DNA of 64,000 nt. It comes from an uncultured Sphingobacteriales bacterium (lineage in GTDB: Bacteria > Bacteroidota > Bacteroidia > CAILMK01 > CAYYUA01). The translations under genes were made by a program, and so were the position numbers. The notes under the pieces were generated by a model that had not been told where the DNA came from, made no database searches, and saw only the letters and a program-made list of their open reading frames with translations. Location of the stretch: the NCBI GenBank assembly GCA_964474835.1, contig CAYYUA010000011.1, positions 1,439 through 65,438 on the forward strand, written 5' to 3'. Positions 45,521 through 55,914 of this stretch are shown here, in pieces (position 1 is the first letter of the stretch; the number at the start of each line of letters is the position of its first letter).

Positions 45521-46690
45521 ATGGTCCGTAAACCCGACTTAGCCACCTTCGCAGCGCCAGCTAGTCACACTTCCCACAGCTTCTCTTCAATCCCCTTACC
45601 GGTTTCAGTTCTCCGCACTGTCTTCTTTGGACTTGCCCTGGCAGTTAGCGGAGCTGTGCTAACCGGCTGTAGCGGTGGTGGGAATGGCCAGACCAAGCTT
45701 ACCGGTGGAGGCGCCACCTTTCCCTATCCGGTATACGATAAAATGTTTAAGGAGTACCGGAAAGATAACCCCGTCCGGATCAACTATCAGTCAATCGGTT
45801 CTGGTGGGGGTGTTCGTCAACTGAAGAACAAAACAGTGGATTTTGGCGCATCCGATGCCTTTCTGAAATCGGATGAGATGGCCGGTTTTGATCAGCAAGT
45901 GGTGCATGTGCCCACCTGCCTCGGTGCCGTCACCATGGCCTATAACCTGGAGGGGATCGAAGACCTGAAGCTAACGCCCGGGGTTATTGCTGATATTGCT
46001 ATGGGGCAGATCAAACAGTGGGATCACAAGCGTATCCAGAAGCTAAACCCGGATCTCTCGCTGCCTGACAGGAAAATTGTCTTTGTGCACCGCTCAGATG
46101 GAAGCGGCACCACCTATATCTTTACCGATTACCTTTATAAAACAGATACTCAGTGGCGGAAGCAAATAGGCCGGGGTAAGGTAGTAGACTGGCCAACGGG
46201 AATCGGCCAAAAGGGCAATGAAGGTGTTACTGGCTATGTAAAGCAGCAAGAAGGGCGCCTTGGTTACATTAACCTTAGCTACGTCAAGCAAAGTAACCTG
46301 AGCACAGCCCTGGTTAAGAACAGGTCAGGGAATTTTGTCAAGCCCACCCTCGAGAGCACCTCGAAAGCAGGTGACGTTTCCATGCCCGATGACACAAGGG
46401 TCACACTGACCAACACCGATGCCGAAGAGGGCTACCCTATCGCTGGGTTCACATGGCTGCTTCTTTATAAAGATCAGGCTTACAGTAACCGTAAGCAGGA
46501 CCGTGTTAAGGCCATGCTTGACCTTATGTGGTGGATGATCCACAAAGGGCAGCAGTATACCAAACCCCTCAATTATGCCCCGCTTCCTGAAAATGCGGTC
46601 AATAAAGCAGAGGCAGTTCTGAAATCGGTGACCTTTGATGGCGAACCTGTACTGAAAGACCCTGACCAAGCCACGGCTAATGCTGAATAA
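45521..46690 (+). CDS. pstS: Phosphate ABC transporter substrate-binding lipoprotein
   Basis: Lipobox LTGCSGG. PstS family motifs (GGGATFPYPVY, RSDGSGTTY). Alternative start at 45497. Confidence 0.85.
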   Translation: MVRKPDLATFAAPASHTSHSFSSIPLPVSVLRTVFFGLALAVSGAVLTGCSGGGNGQTKLTGGGATFPYPVYDKMFKEYRKDNPVRINYQSIGSGGGVRQLKNKTVDFGASDAFLKSDEMAGFDQQVVHVPTCLGAVTMAYNLEGIEDLKLTPGVIADIAMGQIKQWDHKRIQKLNPDLSLPDRKIVFVHRSDGSGTTYIFTDYLYKTDTQWRKQIGRGKVVDWPTGIGQKGNEGVTGYVKQQEGRLGYINLSYVKQSNLSTALVKNRSGNFVKPTLESTSKAGDVSMPDDTRVTLTNTDAEEGYPIAGFTWLLLYKDQAYSNRKQDRVKAMLDLMWWMIHKGQQYTKPLNYAPLPENAVNKAEAVLKSVTFDGEPVLKDPDQATANAE

Positions 46691-47642
46691 GGTGCTTAAC
46701 ACGCTTGGCTTTGTAAGCCGGAATGGCAGGGGTACAGCCTCCGCTCGTCAGCAGGAAGAGGCGCATACAAGCGGCATAGATTTTTACGAGAGGGCCTTCA
46801 GCTTTTCCCTGCGCTTTTCATCGTGGTTGATTGTAGCCCTGCTCGGGGGTATTTTTACCACGCTGCTGGTGGCCTCCCTGCCCGCCCTGGAGCACATGGG
46901 CATTGACTTTTTCACTTCCACCGGGTGGAATCCCGTTACCAAAGAGTTCGGGCTGCTCCCCTTTTTGGCTGGTACGCTGCTTACTTCTTTCCTGGCCTTG
47001 GTTATCTCTCTGCCCTTTTCCCTTTCTATTGCTATCCTGTTGGGCGAGTATTACAAGAAAGGCATCTTTTCCAATGTTCTGCGGAACCTGATCGAGTTAC
47101 TGGCCGCTATTCCATCGGTTATCTATGGCTTCTGGGCTTTGATGGTGCTGGTTCCGATTGTTACGGCTTTCCAGACCCAGATTGGCGTAACCCCCTATGG
47201 AACCTCCATCTTTACAGCTGCAGTGATTCTGGCTATCATGATCATTCCCTACTCAGCCAGTATTGCCCGGGAAGTGGTGAACATGACGCCACAGGACCTG
47301 AAAGAGGCTGCCTACTCGCTCGGGGCCACCCGCTTTGAGGTTATCCGGACAGCAGTGCTGCCCTATGCCCGCAGCGGAATTGCCGCAGGAATCCTGCTGT
47401 CACTGGGCCGCGCCCTGGGCGAGACCATGGCCGTGACTATGGTTATCGGGAATGCCAATAGCGTTCCGCAAGGACTGTTTGAGCCCGGCAACACCATGGC
47501 CAGTGTGATTGCCAATGAGTTTACAGAGGCTACCGGGGATATCTACCTTTCAGCTTTAGTGGAGATCGGGCTGCTGCTGTTTGTGGTTACTACCCTTATC
47601 AATATCATCGGGAAGCTTGTGATCAACAAAATGCAGTTCTAG
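46680..47642 (+). CDS. pstC: Phosphate ABC transporter permease
   Basis: 6 TM, EAA-like loop (SLGATRFEVIRTAVLP). Confidence 0.85.
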   Translation: MLNKVLNTLGFVSRNGRGTASARQQEEAHTSGIDFYERAFSFSLRFSSWLIVALLGGIFTTLLVASLPALEHMGIDFFTSTGWNPVTKEFGLLPFLAGTLLTSFLALVISLPFSLSIAILLGEYYKKGIFSNVLRNLIELLAAIPSVIYGFWALMVLVPIVTAFQTQIGVTPYGTSIFTAAVILAIMIIPYSASIAREVVNMTPQDLKEAAYSLGATRFEVIRTAVLPYARSGIAAGILLSLGRALGETMAVTMVIGNANSVPQGLFEPGNTMASVIANEFTEATGDIYLSALVEIGLLLFVVTTLINIIGKLVINKMQF

Positions 47643-47676
47643 AGCCTTGATTGCTAACCCTGTAAAGTAAGCCCGC

Positions 47677-48519
47677 ATGGATAACACCAACTTCCGCATC
47701 TGGAAGGATCGCATTTTCCGCGCTCTGTTGGGCATTTTTGCTGTCCTGGCCGCCATGCCCCTGCTTTTCATTGTTTACTACATCGTGAGCAAGGGAATCG
47801 GGGTTATCAACTGGGAGTTCCTGGTTTCGGTACCTAAGTCTGCCGGAACAGCTGGTGGGGGCATTAGCAATGCATTGGTCGGTACGGTGATGGTGGTTCT
47901 GGAGGCCACGATCATAGCCGTTCCCATAGCGCTCTTAGCCGGTATATTTCTGGCCGAAAACGCCAATAACAAGCTCTCCTACTGGGTAAGGCTTTGTATT
48001 GAGATCCTGCAGGGCACCCCGTCTATTGTGATCGGGATTGTGGCTTACCTCTGGGTGGTAAAGCCAATGGGAAGCTTTTCAGCCTTTTCCGGCGGTATTG
48101 CGCTGGGTATCATGATGATCCCGTTCCTGGCCCGCTCCACAGAGGAAACCCTGCGGCTGATCCCCAACTCCTACCGGGAAGCCTCCCTGGCTCTGGGGGT
48201 TCCCTATTACAAGACTATCCTCAGGGTGATCCTGCCATCAGGGGCCAGTGGGATCCTGACGGGCTTTATGATCAGCCTCTCAAGGGTTGCCGGCGAAACA
48301 GCGCCCCTGCTCTTTACCGCCTTTGGCAGCCCCTTTCTGAATACCAATCCGCAGGAGCCGGTATCAGCGCTGCCGCTAATGATCTTCAAGTTTGCTACCA
48401 GCCCGTATCCGAATTGGCAGGCCATGGCCTGGGGCGCTTCCCTGCTGCTGATCCTGATGATCCTGATCCTTAACCTCTCTGCTAAACTGATCGTCAAGCG
48501 ATGGGAGATCCCGTACTAA
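47677..48519 (+). CDS. pstA: Phosphate ABC transporter permease
   Basis: 6 TM, EAA loop (EASLALGVPYYKTILRVILP). Confidence 0.85.
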   Translation: MDNTNFRIWKDRIFRALLGIFAVLAAMPLLFIVYYIVSKGIGVINWEFLVSVPKSAGTAGGGISNALVGTVMVVLEATIIAVPIALLAGIFLAENANNKLSYWVRLCIEILQGTPSIVIGIVAYLWVVKPMGSFSAFSGGIALGIMMIPFLARSTEETLRLIPNSYREASLALGVPYYKTILRVILPSGASGILTGFMISLSRVAGETAPLLFTAFGSPFLNTNPQEPVSALPLMIFKFATSPYPNWQAMAWGASLLLILMILILNLSAKLIVKRWEIPY

Positions 48520-49259
48520 CCACCCGGAACTTCAGCGCCTACTTCGGCAACACCCGTGTGCTGAACAGCATTGACCTGGATATCCCGGAGAGATGTGTCA
48601 TGTCCATCATGGGGCCTTCCGGCTGCGGTAAAACCACCTATATCCGCTGCATCAACCGGATGCATGAGCTAACGCCGGATGCTACCACCGATGGCACCAT
48701 GCGCCTGTATGGCGAAGATATATTTAAGCTGAATCCCATTGTGCTGCGCAAGAAGATCGGGATGGTTTTCCAGCGCCCGAATCCCTTCCCGACCATGAGC
48801 ATTTACGATAATGTGATATCAGGCTACAAGCTTAATGGCCTTAAGGTCAGCAAAAGCGAAAAAGAAGGCATTGTAGAGGAATCCCTTAAGCGGGCTGCGC
48901 TATGGAAAGAGGTGAAAGACAAGCTTAACGAACGGCCCACCAACCTCTCCGGCGGGCAGCAGCAGCGCCTGTGCCTGGCCAGGGCCGTGGCCATGAAGCC
49001 CAATATCCTGCTGCTGGACGAGCCCACCTCTGACCTGGACCCTATCTCAACGGCAGAGATCGAAGAGCTGATCTATGACCTGAAGAGCCACTACACCATC
49101 ATCATGGTTACCCACAACATGAACCAGGCCTCCCGCATCAGTGATCTGACCACCTTCTTCTACATGGGGGAGCTGATCGAAAGTGGCGATACCAAGCAGA
49201 TCTTTACCAATCCCGAAAAGCGGGAAACACAGAATTACATCACCGGTCGGTTCGGGTAG
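48501..49259 (+). CDS. pstB: Phosphate ABC transporter ATP-binding protein
   Basis: Walker A GPSGCGKTT, signature LSGGQQQRL, Walker B LLLDEPTS. PstB-typical length. Confidence 0.9.
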   Translation: MGDPVLTTRNFSAYFGNTRVLNSIDLDIPERCVMSIMGPSGCGKTTYIRCINRMHELTPDATTDGTMRLYGEDIFKLNPIVLRKKIGMVFQRPNPFPTMSIYDNVISGYKLNGLKVSKSEKEGIVEESLKRAALWKEVKDKLNERPTNLSGGQQQRLCLARAVAMKPNILLLDEPTSDLDPISTAEIEELIYDLKSHYTIIMVTHNMNQASRISDLTTFFYMGELIESGDTKQIFTNPEKRETQNYITGRFG

Positions 49260-49405
49260 CAATAAGCATTCCGGTTACGCCTGCCTGCATCGGTACTTTT
49301 TTTGTTTCGGGTATTTGATAAAGGGCCGAAAACTGTGGCTATAACAGCCGGCTGCCATGGTAATCCCTTAAACTGCTCTGCCGCAGCCTCCTAAAGCCCA
49401 AACCG

Positions 49406-50065
49406 ATGTCTCAGCTATCTGAAGAGCTTCACTACCTTAAGACTGATCTTTTATCCATGATCGAGCTGGTGAAAAGTCAATTCACCAAGGGGCAGGAGGC
49501 GCTTCTCAACAATGATTATGACCTGGCCAATGAGGTGCTGGCCAATGAAAAGCGGGTGAATGCCTGCGAGCTACAGCTTGACAAGGACTGTGAGAAAATC
49601 CTGGCCCTGTACAACCCGGTTGCTGTTGACCTTCGCTTTGTACTGGCTACCTTCAAAATGAACTCAGAGCTGGAGCGCATCGGGGATAATGCTGAAAGCA
49701 TCGCCAATTTCATCAAGGATATGCCCGGGGCTTTTAGCAAGGAGATGATCGATCAGTATCAGGTAAACCTGATGTATGATACGGCCCTGTCGATGTTCGA
49801 TGATGCCATGGCTGCCTTTACAGAAGAAGATACCAGGCGGGCGCGAAAAGTCTTTCAGAAGGACGACCTGCTGGACGATATCAATTACAAGGCGAATAAG
49901 CAGGCGCTGGACTCCATCAAGTCTGACCCGAGTAACGAGTGGCAATACCTCACGCTGCTATCCATCATACGGAAGCTTGAGCGGGTAGGGGATCAGTCCA
50001 CTAACATGGCTGAGGAGATCATCTTCTACATTGAAGCAAAAGTGCTCAAGCACAAGATGAAATAA
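49406..50065 (+). CDS. phoU: Phosphate transport system regulator PhoU
   Basis: Two PhoU three-helix repeats with E(L)ERIGD motifs. Confidence 0.88.
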   Translation: MSQLSEELHYLKTDLLSMIELVKSQFTKGQEALLNNDYDLANEVLANEKRVNACELQLDKDCEKILALYNPVAVDLRFVLATFKMNSELERIGDNAESIANFIKDMPGAFSKEMIDQYQVNLMYDTALSMFDDAMAAFTEEDTRRARKVFQKDDLLDDINYKANKQALDSIKSDPSNEWQYLTLLSIIRKLERVGDQSTNMAEEIIFYIEAKVLKHKMK

Positions 50066-50071
50066 AGCCCC

Positions 50072-50101
50072 CTGCTGAGCAGCCTAAATGACGCTCAGCA
50101 G
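50072..50101. terminator. Hairpin between convergent phoU and bioB (9-bp stem)
   Basis: ctgctgagc-agcctaaatgac-gctcagcag with weak U tracts. Confidence 0.45.
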
Positions 50102-50129
50102 AAGGCACTTTTCAGACCAGGGCGCTTGA

Positions 50130-51134
50130 TCAGCCAGACTCATTCTGCTCAGCTGCCTTGCGGTTCTTGTTATTCTCAGCCACTTCCAGCGGTTCCATTC
50201 CAAAGGCTTTCAGCATTTCCATATCCTCTTCAAAGCCGGCTGTTGGCGTTGTGAGCAGCTGATTACCGGAGTGAATGGAATTGGCCCCGGCCATGAAGCA
50301 GAGGAACTGCTCGGTGCGGCTCATCTCGTGCCGGCCGGCTGAGAGGCGGACCATCGAGTCCGGCATCACAATGCGGGCCGTGGCCACCATCCGCACCATG
50401 CTTTCCATCGGTACATCGGGCTGATCAGCCAGCGGAGTGCCGGGTATCTTCACCAGCTTATTGATGGGAACCGATTCCGGCTGCTTTTTCAGGTTGGCCA
50501 GCGTTTTCAGCATGTCGATCCGGTCTTCGTCAGACTCGCCCATGCCGATAATACCTCCTGAGCAGACCGTGATCCCGGCATCCGTAACTGATTCCAGCGT
50601 ATTCAGCCGCTCATCATAGCCGCGGGTAGAGATAATCTCGTTGTAGTAGTCGTCTGAAGTATCCACATTGTGGTTGTAGGCATAGCAGCCGGCTTCCCGC
50701 AGGCGGTTAGCCTGCTCATCGTTCAGCATGCCCAGGGTGCAGCAGACTTCCAGGCCCATATCATTGACCTGCCGGACCATTTCCAGCACTTTGTCGAAAT
50801 CGCGATTACTGCGGACCTCCCGCCAGGCTGCTCCCATACAAAAGCGCGATGCGCCCCCTTCTTTGGCTTTGCCGGCCGCATGAACAACCGTATCCACATC
50901 CAAGAGCTTATGCACGTCAACGCCCGTGCTGTACCGGGCAGCCTGCGGGCAGTAGGCACAGTCCTCCGGACAGCCGCCGGTCTTGATAGAGAGCAGACTG
51001 GCTACCTGGCACTTGTGAGGGTCATGGTGCTGACGGTGCGTTCGGGCTCCTTCGTATACAAGATCAATGAGCGGCTTCTGGTAAAGATCAGCTATTTCCT
51101 GGTGCGTCCACCTTTGGCTGTGCGTTTCTGCCAT
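50130..51134 (-). CDS. bioB: Biotin synthase
   Basis: Radical-SAM CxxxCxxC ([10 protein letters not shown]) and BioB-typical C-terminal Fe-S cysteines. Confidence 0.9.
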   Translation of the reverse strand: MAETHSQRWTHQEIADLYQKPLIDLVYEGARTHRQHHDPHKCQVASLLSIKTGGCPEDCAYCPQAARYSTGVDVHKLLDVDTVVHAAGKAKEGGASRFCMGAAWREVRSNRDFDKVLEMVRQVNDMGLEVCCTLGMLNDEQANRLREAGCYAYNHNVDTSDDYYNEIISTRGYDERLNTLESVTDAGITVCSGGIIGMGESDEDRIDMLKTLANLKKQPESVPINKLVKIPGTPLADQPDVPMESMVRMVATARIVMPDSMVRLSAGRHEMSRTEQFLCFMAGANSIHSGNQLLTTPTAGFEEDMEMLKAFGMEPLEVAENNKNRKAAEQNESG

Positions 51135-51196
51135 ACGAATGGTTTTTGTTCAAATATAGGTGAATTCGTTGCGTGACCAACGCTGATTCCGGTCAT

Positions 51197-51230
51197 AAAA
51201 AAGCCCGGCTCTCCCATAGAGAACCGGGCT
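51197..51230 (-). terminator. Rho-independent terminator downstream of the T9SS cargo gene
   Basis: Minus-strand read: aaagcccggttctctatgggagagccgggctttttt. Confidence 0.75.
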
Positions 51231-51287
51231 TTACAGGCGCTTTATTGCTGCTGCCCTACCTTTTTCAGGCAAACCGGATGAGCAGGT

Positions 51288-53252
51288 CTACTTCACTACA
51301 ACCTGTCCGGTCTGCCGCCCTTCTTCTGTCCGGATCTGGTAGAAGTAAGTACCGGCACTCAGGCTTTCCACATTGAAATCAACATTGTGAGAGCCCGGTG
51401 CCTGAAGGCCTTCCTGGCGGGTGCGCACCTGCTTACCATCAACATTGATAAGGTTGACGGTAATGCGATTGCTTTCCTGCAGGGTATAGGAGAGCCGGAC
51501 ATTTTCATCAGCCGGGTTGGGATAAGCCTTGACCTTCTTCACCAGCGATGATTCGGCTATGCCTTCCGGGTTTCCACCTCCGCTGTCTGACTCGCCAACT
51601 GTAACCACTACGGAGTCAGCATCATTATCAGCATTGTTATCCAGGCCGTAGGCATTCGGGAGGCTCCATATCGTTTCCATGACCAGGGTCTGCTCTCCTT
51701 CTGCTATGTCAGTTAAGTCAAGGTTTACCGTCACCGTTACGCTGTCGTTCCCCGGTACCGCTTGATCCAGTGATACGACATCAGTTGTTTCAAAGTTGTT
51801 ATTGCCTTTGAAGGAGGAAGTAACCGGGATGCTGTTATTACTGCCTATCGTTTCCGAGCTGAAGTTGGTAATGGTCACCTCAAACTCATTGGTCGGGTCA
51901 GGCTCAATGGTATCGCCTACAGGGCTGATATTGGTAACCCCGATGTCAAAATTCTTATCCTCTACATAAAGGGTTATGCGGTTGGTGTCCAGCGTTGGAA
52001 CAGGAATTACTTGGTTAGTCAGGTTAGTAAGAAACCGGGAAGGTACGGCTGATACGTGGTAGAAGCTCAGCTCTACACTATCGCGGTCATCGTTAGGCGG
52101 CAGCCGGAACGAAGGAAGATCACCTGGTTGAGCGAGCGTCCGGGTACCGTTAACCCGCAGGTTAATGGGTAGCTGTATGTTTTCAAGCAAGGTTTGTGGA
52201 CTGTAGTTCCCGTCAATGCCAAAATTGGCTTCATTGATGGTTAGCGGCACTGTCCGGTTGCCCTGCTGGGTTTGGACCTCGAACGATCGAACGAAGCCGG
52301 GCCCTTCATTGAAGAGGTCTATGCCAAAAGTGGTATTGCTTCCGCGGAGGATGGTATCCCCATCATTAAGGCCGGTAAACCGCGGCTCAATGTTGTACTT
52401 GTAATTAACATTGGTGGTAAGTGAAACCGTGTCATTGGAGCCATCTGGATCAACTGAATAAGGATCCTGCCCGAACGTAGTGCGTGCTACCAGGTTGTAA
52501 TCACCTGTGTCGGCAAAAGGAGAAGCGTAGACTGTTGCTGAGACAGTAGCGGTTTGTTGGGGCTCCAGGTCTTCATCCAGGCTTACAGTATTTGGTAACG
52601 TATCCAGGAGACGATCCTGCTGAAACTCAACAATGGCCTCTACCGGAAACTGGGTGCCACTCTTAAGGGTCTCGTTTCCGTAGTTGCGGATTTCCAGCTC
52701 TATAGCAGTTAAGGAGTCATGGAAAATATTGGTAACATCGGTACTGCCTGTATTGATGGCTGACACGCCTAGGTCAATGGCTTTATCCTCCAGGTATACA
52801 TTGAAGGAAAAGGTATCATTACTGGCGTTGTTATCTGAGGAATTGGAAAGAATAAGGTTTATTGTGGTATCACCTTCACTATATTCCGGGGCACTTAAAA
52901 TCTCTGAAAGTGAACGCTGGTCAATACGTTCAGGCGTTGCCGGGGCAGATTGACCGGCCGGTAAACCACCGGGAAAAATAAGGGAGGCACCGTTAACTGA
53001 GTCTTTGTTAACAGCAAGCGTAATACTTACGGTATCATTATTAGGTAAAGCGCTGTTTCCGGCATTGGTAAGCTGCCACTCCACATCTATCTGTCCGCCT
53101 AAAGGAATGGTATCGTTAACATTTGTCGCTGTTGCGGATCCAAAGGTTAGGTCCTGCGCCTGGGTAGTAGTTGGTAGTGCCAACGCCAGCATCAAAAGCG
53201 GTGTTAGCCATTTCGTAAGGATTCTCATAATACATGGTTTTTGATTGGTCAT
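51288..53252 (-). CDS. T9SS C-terminal-domain (type A sorting) secreted protein with repeated Ig-like/CARDB-like domains
   Basis: Signal peptide, several ~100-aa repeats (IPLGGQIDVEWQLTN...), C-terminal Por_Secre_tail-like ~80 aa (KAYPNPADENVRL...GTYFYQI...). Confidence 0.7.
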   Translation of the reverse strand: MTNQKPCIMRILTKWLTPLLMLALALPTTTQAQDLTFGSATATNVNDTIPLGGQIDVEWQLTNAGNSALPNNDTVSITLAVNKDSVNGASLIFPGGLPAGQSAPATPERIDQRSLSEILSAPEYSEGDTTINLILSNSSDNNASNDTFSFNVYLEDKAIDLGVSAINTGSTDVTNIFHDSLTAIELEIRNYGNETLKSGTQFPVEAIVEFQQDRLLDTLPNTVSLDEDLEPQQTATVSATVYASPFADTGDYNLVARTTFGQDPYSVDPDGSNDTVSLTTNVNYKYNIEPRFTGLNDGDTILRGSNTTFGIDLFNEGPGFVRSFEVQTQQGNRTVPLTINEANFGIDGNYSPQTLLENIQLPINLRVNGTRTLAQPGDLPSFRLPPNDDRDSVELSFYHVSAVPSRFLTNLTNQVIPVPTLDTNRITLYVEDKNFDIGVTNISPVGDTIEPDPTNEFEVTITNFSSETIGSNNSIPVTSSFKGNNNFETTDVVSLDQAVPGNDSVTVTVNLDLTDIAEGEQTLVMETIWSLPNAYGLDNNADNDADSVVVTVGESDSGGGNPEGIAESSLVKKVKAYPNPADENVRLSYTLQESNRITVNLINVDGKQVRTRQEGLQAPGSHNVDFNVESLSAGTYFYQIRTEEGRQTGQVVVK

Positions 53253-53351
53253 GATTCACGAAATTAAAAATTTTTAAAGGGGCGCTTTGAGCGGGGTGAA
53301 GCCCGCTACCTGTACGGTATTTTCAGAATTTTTGGTTCAATAGCGGCAGTT

Positions 53352-53951
53352 TTGATTGTTTTCATCAATGGCAAAATCGGGGGTGGCTCGCCCTGTGCGG
53401 GCCCGCCTTTCTGGAAGCCTGCGAAAGCCGGGCAGCCCGGCTTTATAGAGGGGGCCACCCAATTCCTGCAGGATGCTACTTACTACACACCAGCCGTAGA
53501 CTTTCCGCGGCTGAGCACGGTTGCCAGCCGTTTTGAGCAGGGCTACCAGTTCTGGCCTGCCTTTAAGGCTTACCACAGCGTTTCTACGGCTGATCTACTC
53601 CATTTGGTTGCCCATAGCATGGGTTGTGCTTTTGCTGAGGGTTTGGCATGCGGTGCGGTAAAAGACGGATATACCATCGGAAAGGTTGGGTACATCAACT
53701 GTTACCAGGCCCAGGACCTGGTAATTAGCACCGAAAGGCAGTATACCATTGACTACCAGCTGTGTGATGATCCGCTTATCAATAACCGCATGCTTAGCTT
53801 AGTGGGGCACGCCCGTCCGGGTGCTGTGCAAGGGGCTACGTATCAGTTGCGGCAGTATTCCGGCATCACCAATCCTTTAAAACGCCACCGGGCCCCTATA
53901 GCCCTGTGGGGCCGGGCTTTCTGGACTCATTTAGCTGAGCTATTGAGCTAA
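53352..53951 (+). CDS. Alpha/beta-hydrolase-like protein with GHSMG nucleophile elbow (possibly truncated; TTG start)
   Basis: LVAHSMGCAFA GxSxG motif. No in-frame ATG before residue 94, so the start is uncertain. Confidence 0.35.
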   Translation: MIVFINGKIGGGSPCAGPPFWKPAKAGQPGFIEGATQFLQDATYYTPAVDFPRLSTVASRFEQGYQFWPAFKAYHSVSTADLLHLVAHSMGCAFAEGLACGAVKDGYTIGKVGYINCYQAQDLVISTERQYTIDYQLCDDPLINNRMLSLVGHARPGAVQGATYQLRQYSGITNPLKRHRAPIALWGRAFWTHLAELLS

Positions 53952-55843
53952 TACAGGATGCGCAGCCGTATCGTGTGCGGGATGTCCTTAATGGCATCCA
54001 CTACATGCTCATCGTAACCGTGTGAGATATCCGTGATCATGTACCCGATACCGCCCATTGTTTTCAGGTACTGGCCGGTGATGTTGATATTGTGCTCAGC
54101 AAAAATCCGCGCGATCTCAGCCATGGTGCCCGGATAGTCCTGGTGGATGTGGATCAGGCGGTGCGCATGGTCGAACGGTGGTAGCTGAATATCCGGGAAG
54201 TTAGCACCCGTGTCTACAGAGCCGGAATTGATGAAGCTGATGATGTTATCAGTGACAAAGCTGGCCGTTTTAGCCTTTGATTCGGTAGTGTAGCCGCTTA
54301 TATGGGGCGTCAGGATGACATTGGGAAGATGCCGCAGGTGGGATTGCAGCACAGTGTAATCGTGCGGGGGTTTATCGGTCTCCGGGAAGCGATCGATACC
54401 AGCTCCTGCCAGACGCCCACTTTTCAGGTGCATGGCCAGGGCTCCGTGATCCACGGCCACCTCTGAACTCATGTTAAGGAAAATAGCCCCTTCTTTCATC
54501 CACTCAAAGGCCTCCTCATCGATGAAATTCCGGTTCTGCTCCGTATCAGTGATGTGAAGGGAGATGATATCCGCATTGGTCAGAAGCTCCTGCAGATCGC
54601 GGCAGGGTTTGGCGTTGCCCAGGCCTTCCACTTCCTGCGGATCATAGAAACAGATCTCCATCCCCAGGGCCTCGGCCAGGCTTCCGATCTGCTTTCCCAC
54701 GCTGCCATAGCCGATCAGGCCCAGCGTTTTGCCAAAGATCTCCTGGGGAGTCCGGCGGTTTTTCGGCACCAGCCCGTGGTGAAGGGAATTATTGATGTAG
54801 GGGACCTGCCGCAGCAGGGTTAGCATTTCGCCAATCGCCATCTCAGCCACACTGCGGGTGCTGGTGTGCGGGGCGTGGAATACCACAATTCCCTTCTGAC
54901 GGGCAGCATCCATATCCACATTGCCCGTTTCTGTGCCGTAGATCCCGATCGCTAAGAGGCGCTGAGCACAGTTCAGCATCTCCGCTGTGACGGTAGTCTC
55001 CGGGTCGATGGCCAGAATGGTAGCTTGCTCTATTTCGCTTGTCAGGCGCTCTTTACTGCTGGAGGCCGGAATGAACCGCAGGGCGTATCCCTCTTCGCTG
55101 AAACCTTCCGAGACCCGGTTGGGCAGGTTGCTCATGATAGCCGCCCTCAGGCGGTTCTTGGGGTAGGAGATGGCCCGGGGTAGCTCATTCTTGAACAGGA
55201 ACTCATCAAAATTGGGAGTAACGTGATCGGCCTTTTCCAGAAGGCTGGCCCGTTCTACATTTTCAGTAAAGGCATAAAAGCCCGAAGCCAGCCCGGATTC
55301 CCGGATCTCGAAATCCGTATAGCCATCTCCGATCACATAGATATCCCCCTTGATATTAAGATTGGCCAGCTGCCGGACTTTCCCGTTTTCCTGAGCCAGG
55401 AAGTTTTCATGGTCGAATCCGTCAATGCGGCCTTCTTCATTAAAGGTGAAGGTATTGGCAAAAATATGGTCCGGATCAATATGGTAGTCCCCGACAATCG
55501 GGGCGATATACTCTTTAAACCCTCCGGATATCACGTAGATCCTGTCCGAAAATTCCTCGAAAAACGCCTCGTTCCGCTGAATAGAGGTGGAAATGTTGCG
55601 GCGCAGCACCTTCACCAGCTGGTTGATATCAGACTGGTCAGCCTCTAAGAGCTCGATCCGCTTCTGAAGGGATTCCGGGAAAGACAGCTTCCCTTCCATC
55701 GCCAGGTTGGTGTACTGCCTGATCTTATCCAGGCGCTCTTCGTGGCCGGCTTTATCCTGCAGGGCAATGGCGGCCAGCTCGTCCAGCGCTTCAAACTGAA
55801 TGAAAGTGCTATCAAAATCTATAACGAAATATTTATCGCTCAT
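53948..55843 (-). CDS. serA: Fusion protein: HAD phosphoserine-phosphatase-like domain + D-3-phosphoglycerate dehydrogenase + ACT domain
   Basis: N-terminal DxDxT (VIDFDST) HAD domain. Central 2-hydroxyacid dehydrogenase with GxGxxG (GLIGYGSVG) and catalytic His (LTPHISG). C-terminal ACT. Confidence 0.8.
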   Translation of the reverse strand: MSDKYFVIDFDSTFIQFEALDELAAIALQDKAGHEERLDKIRQYTNLAMEGKLSFPESLQKRIELLEADQSDINQLVKVLRRNISTSIQRNEAFFEEFSDRIYVISGGFKEYIAPIVGDYHIDPDHIFANTFTFNEEGRIDGFDHENFLAQENGKVRQLANLNIKGDIYVIGDGYTDFEIRESGLASGFYAFTENVERASLLEKADHVTPNFDEFLFKNELPRAISYPKNRLRAAIMSNLPNRVSEGFSEEGYALRFIPASSSKERLTSEIEQATILAIDPETTVTAEMLNCAQRLLAIGIYGTETGNVDMDAARQKGIVVFHAPHTSTRSVAEMAIGEMLTLLRQVPYINNSLHHGLVPKNRRTPQEIFGKTLGLIGYGSVGKQIGSLAEALGMEICFYDPQEVEGLGNAKPCRDLQELLTNADIISLHITDTEQNRNFIDEEAFEWMKEGAIFLNMSSEVAVDHGALAMHLKSGRLAGAGIDRFPETDKPPHDYTVLQSHLRHLPNVILTPHISGYTTESKAKTASFVTDNIISFINSGSVDTGANFPDIQLPPFDHAHRLIHIHQDYPGTMAEIARIFAEHNINITGQYLKTMGGIGYMITDISHGYDEHVVDAIKDIPHTIRLRILY

Positions 55844-55914
55844 GCGGGGGCTTAGTTAAAGAAAGGGCAAAAATAGCAATCGTAGCTCAGAAGCCCTCTG
55901 GCAGGAAAGCGCAG

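Noticed and set aside
53337-53576. 79-aa minus-strand ORF
   Set aside because: It overlaps the plus-strand ORF that carries the GHSMG hydrolase motif, and it has Arg/Pro-rich composition typical of antisense frames.
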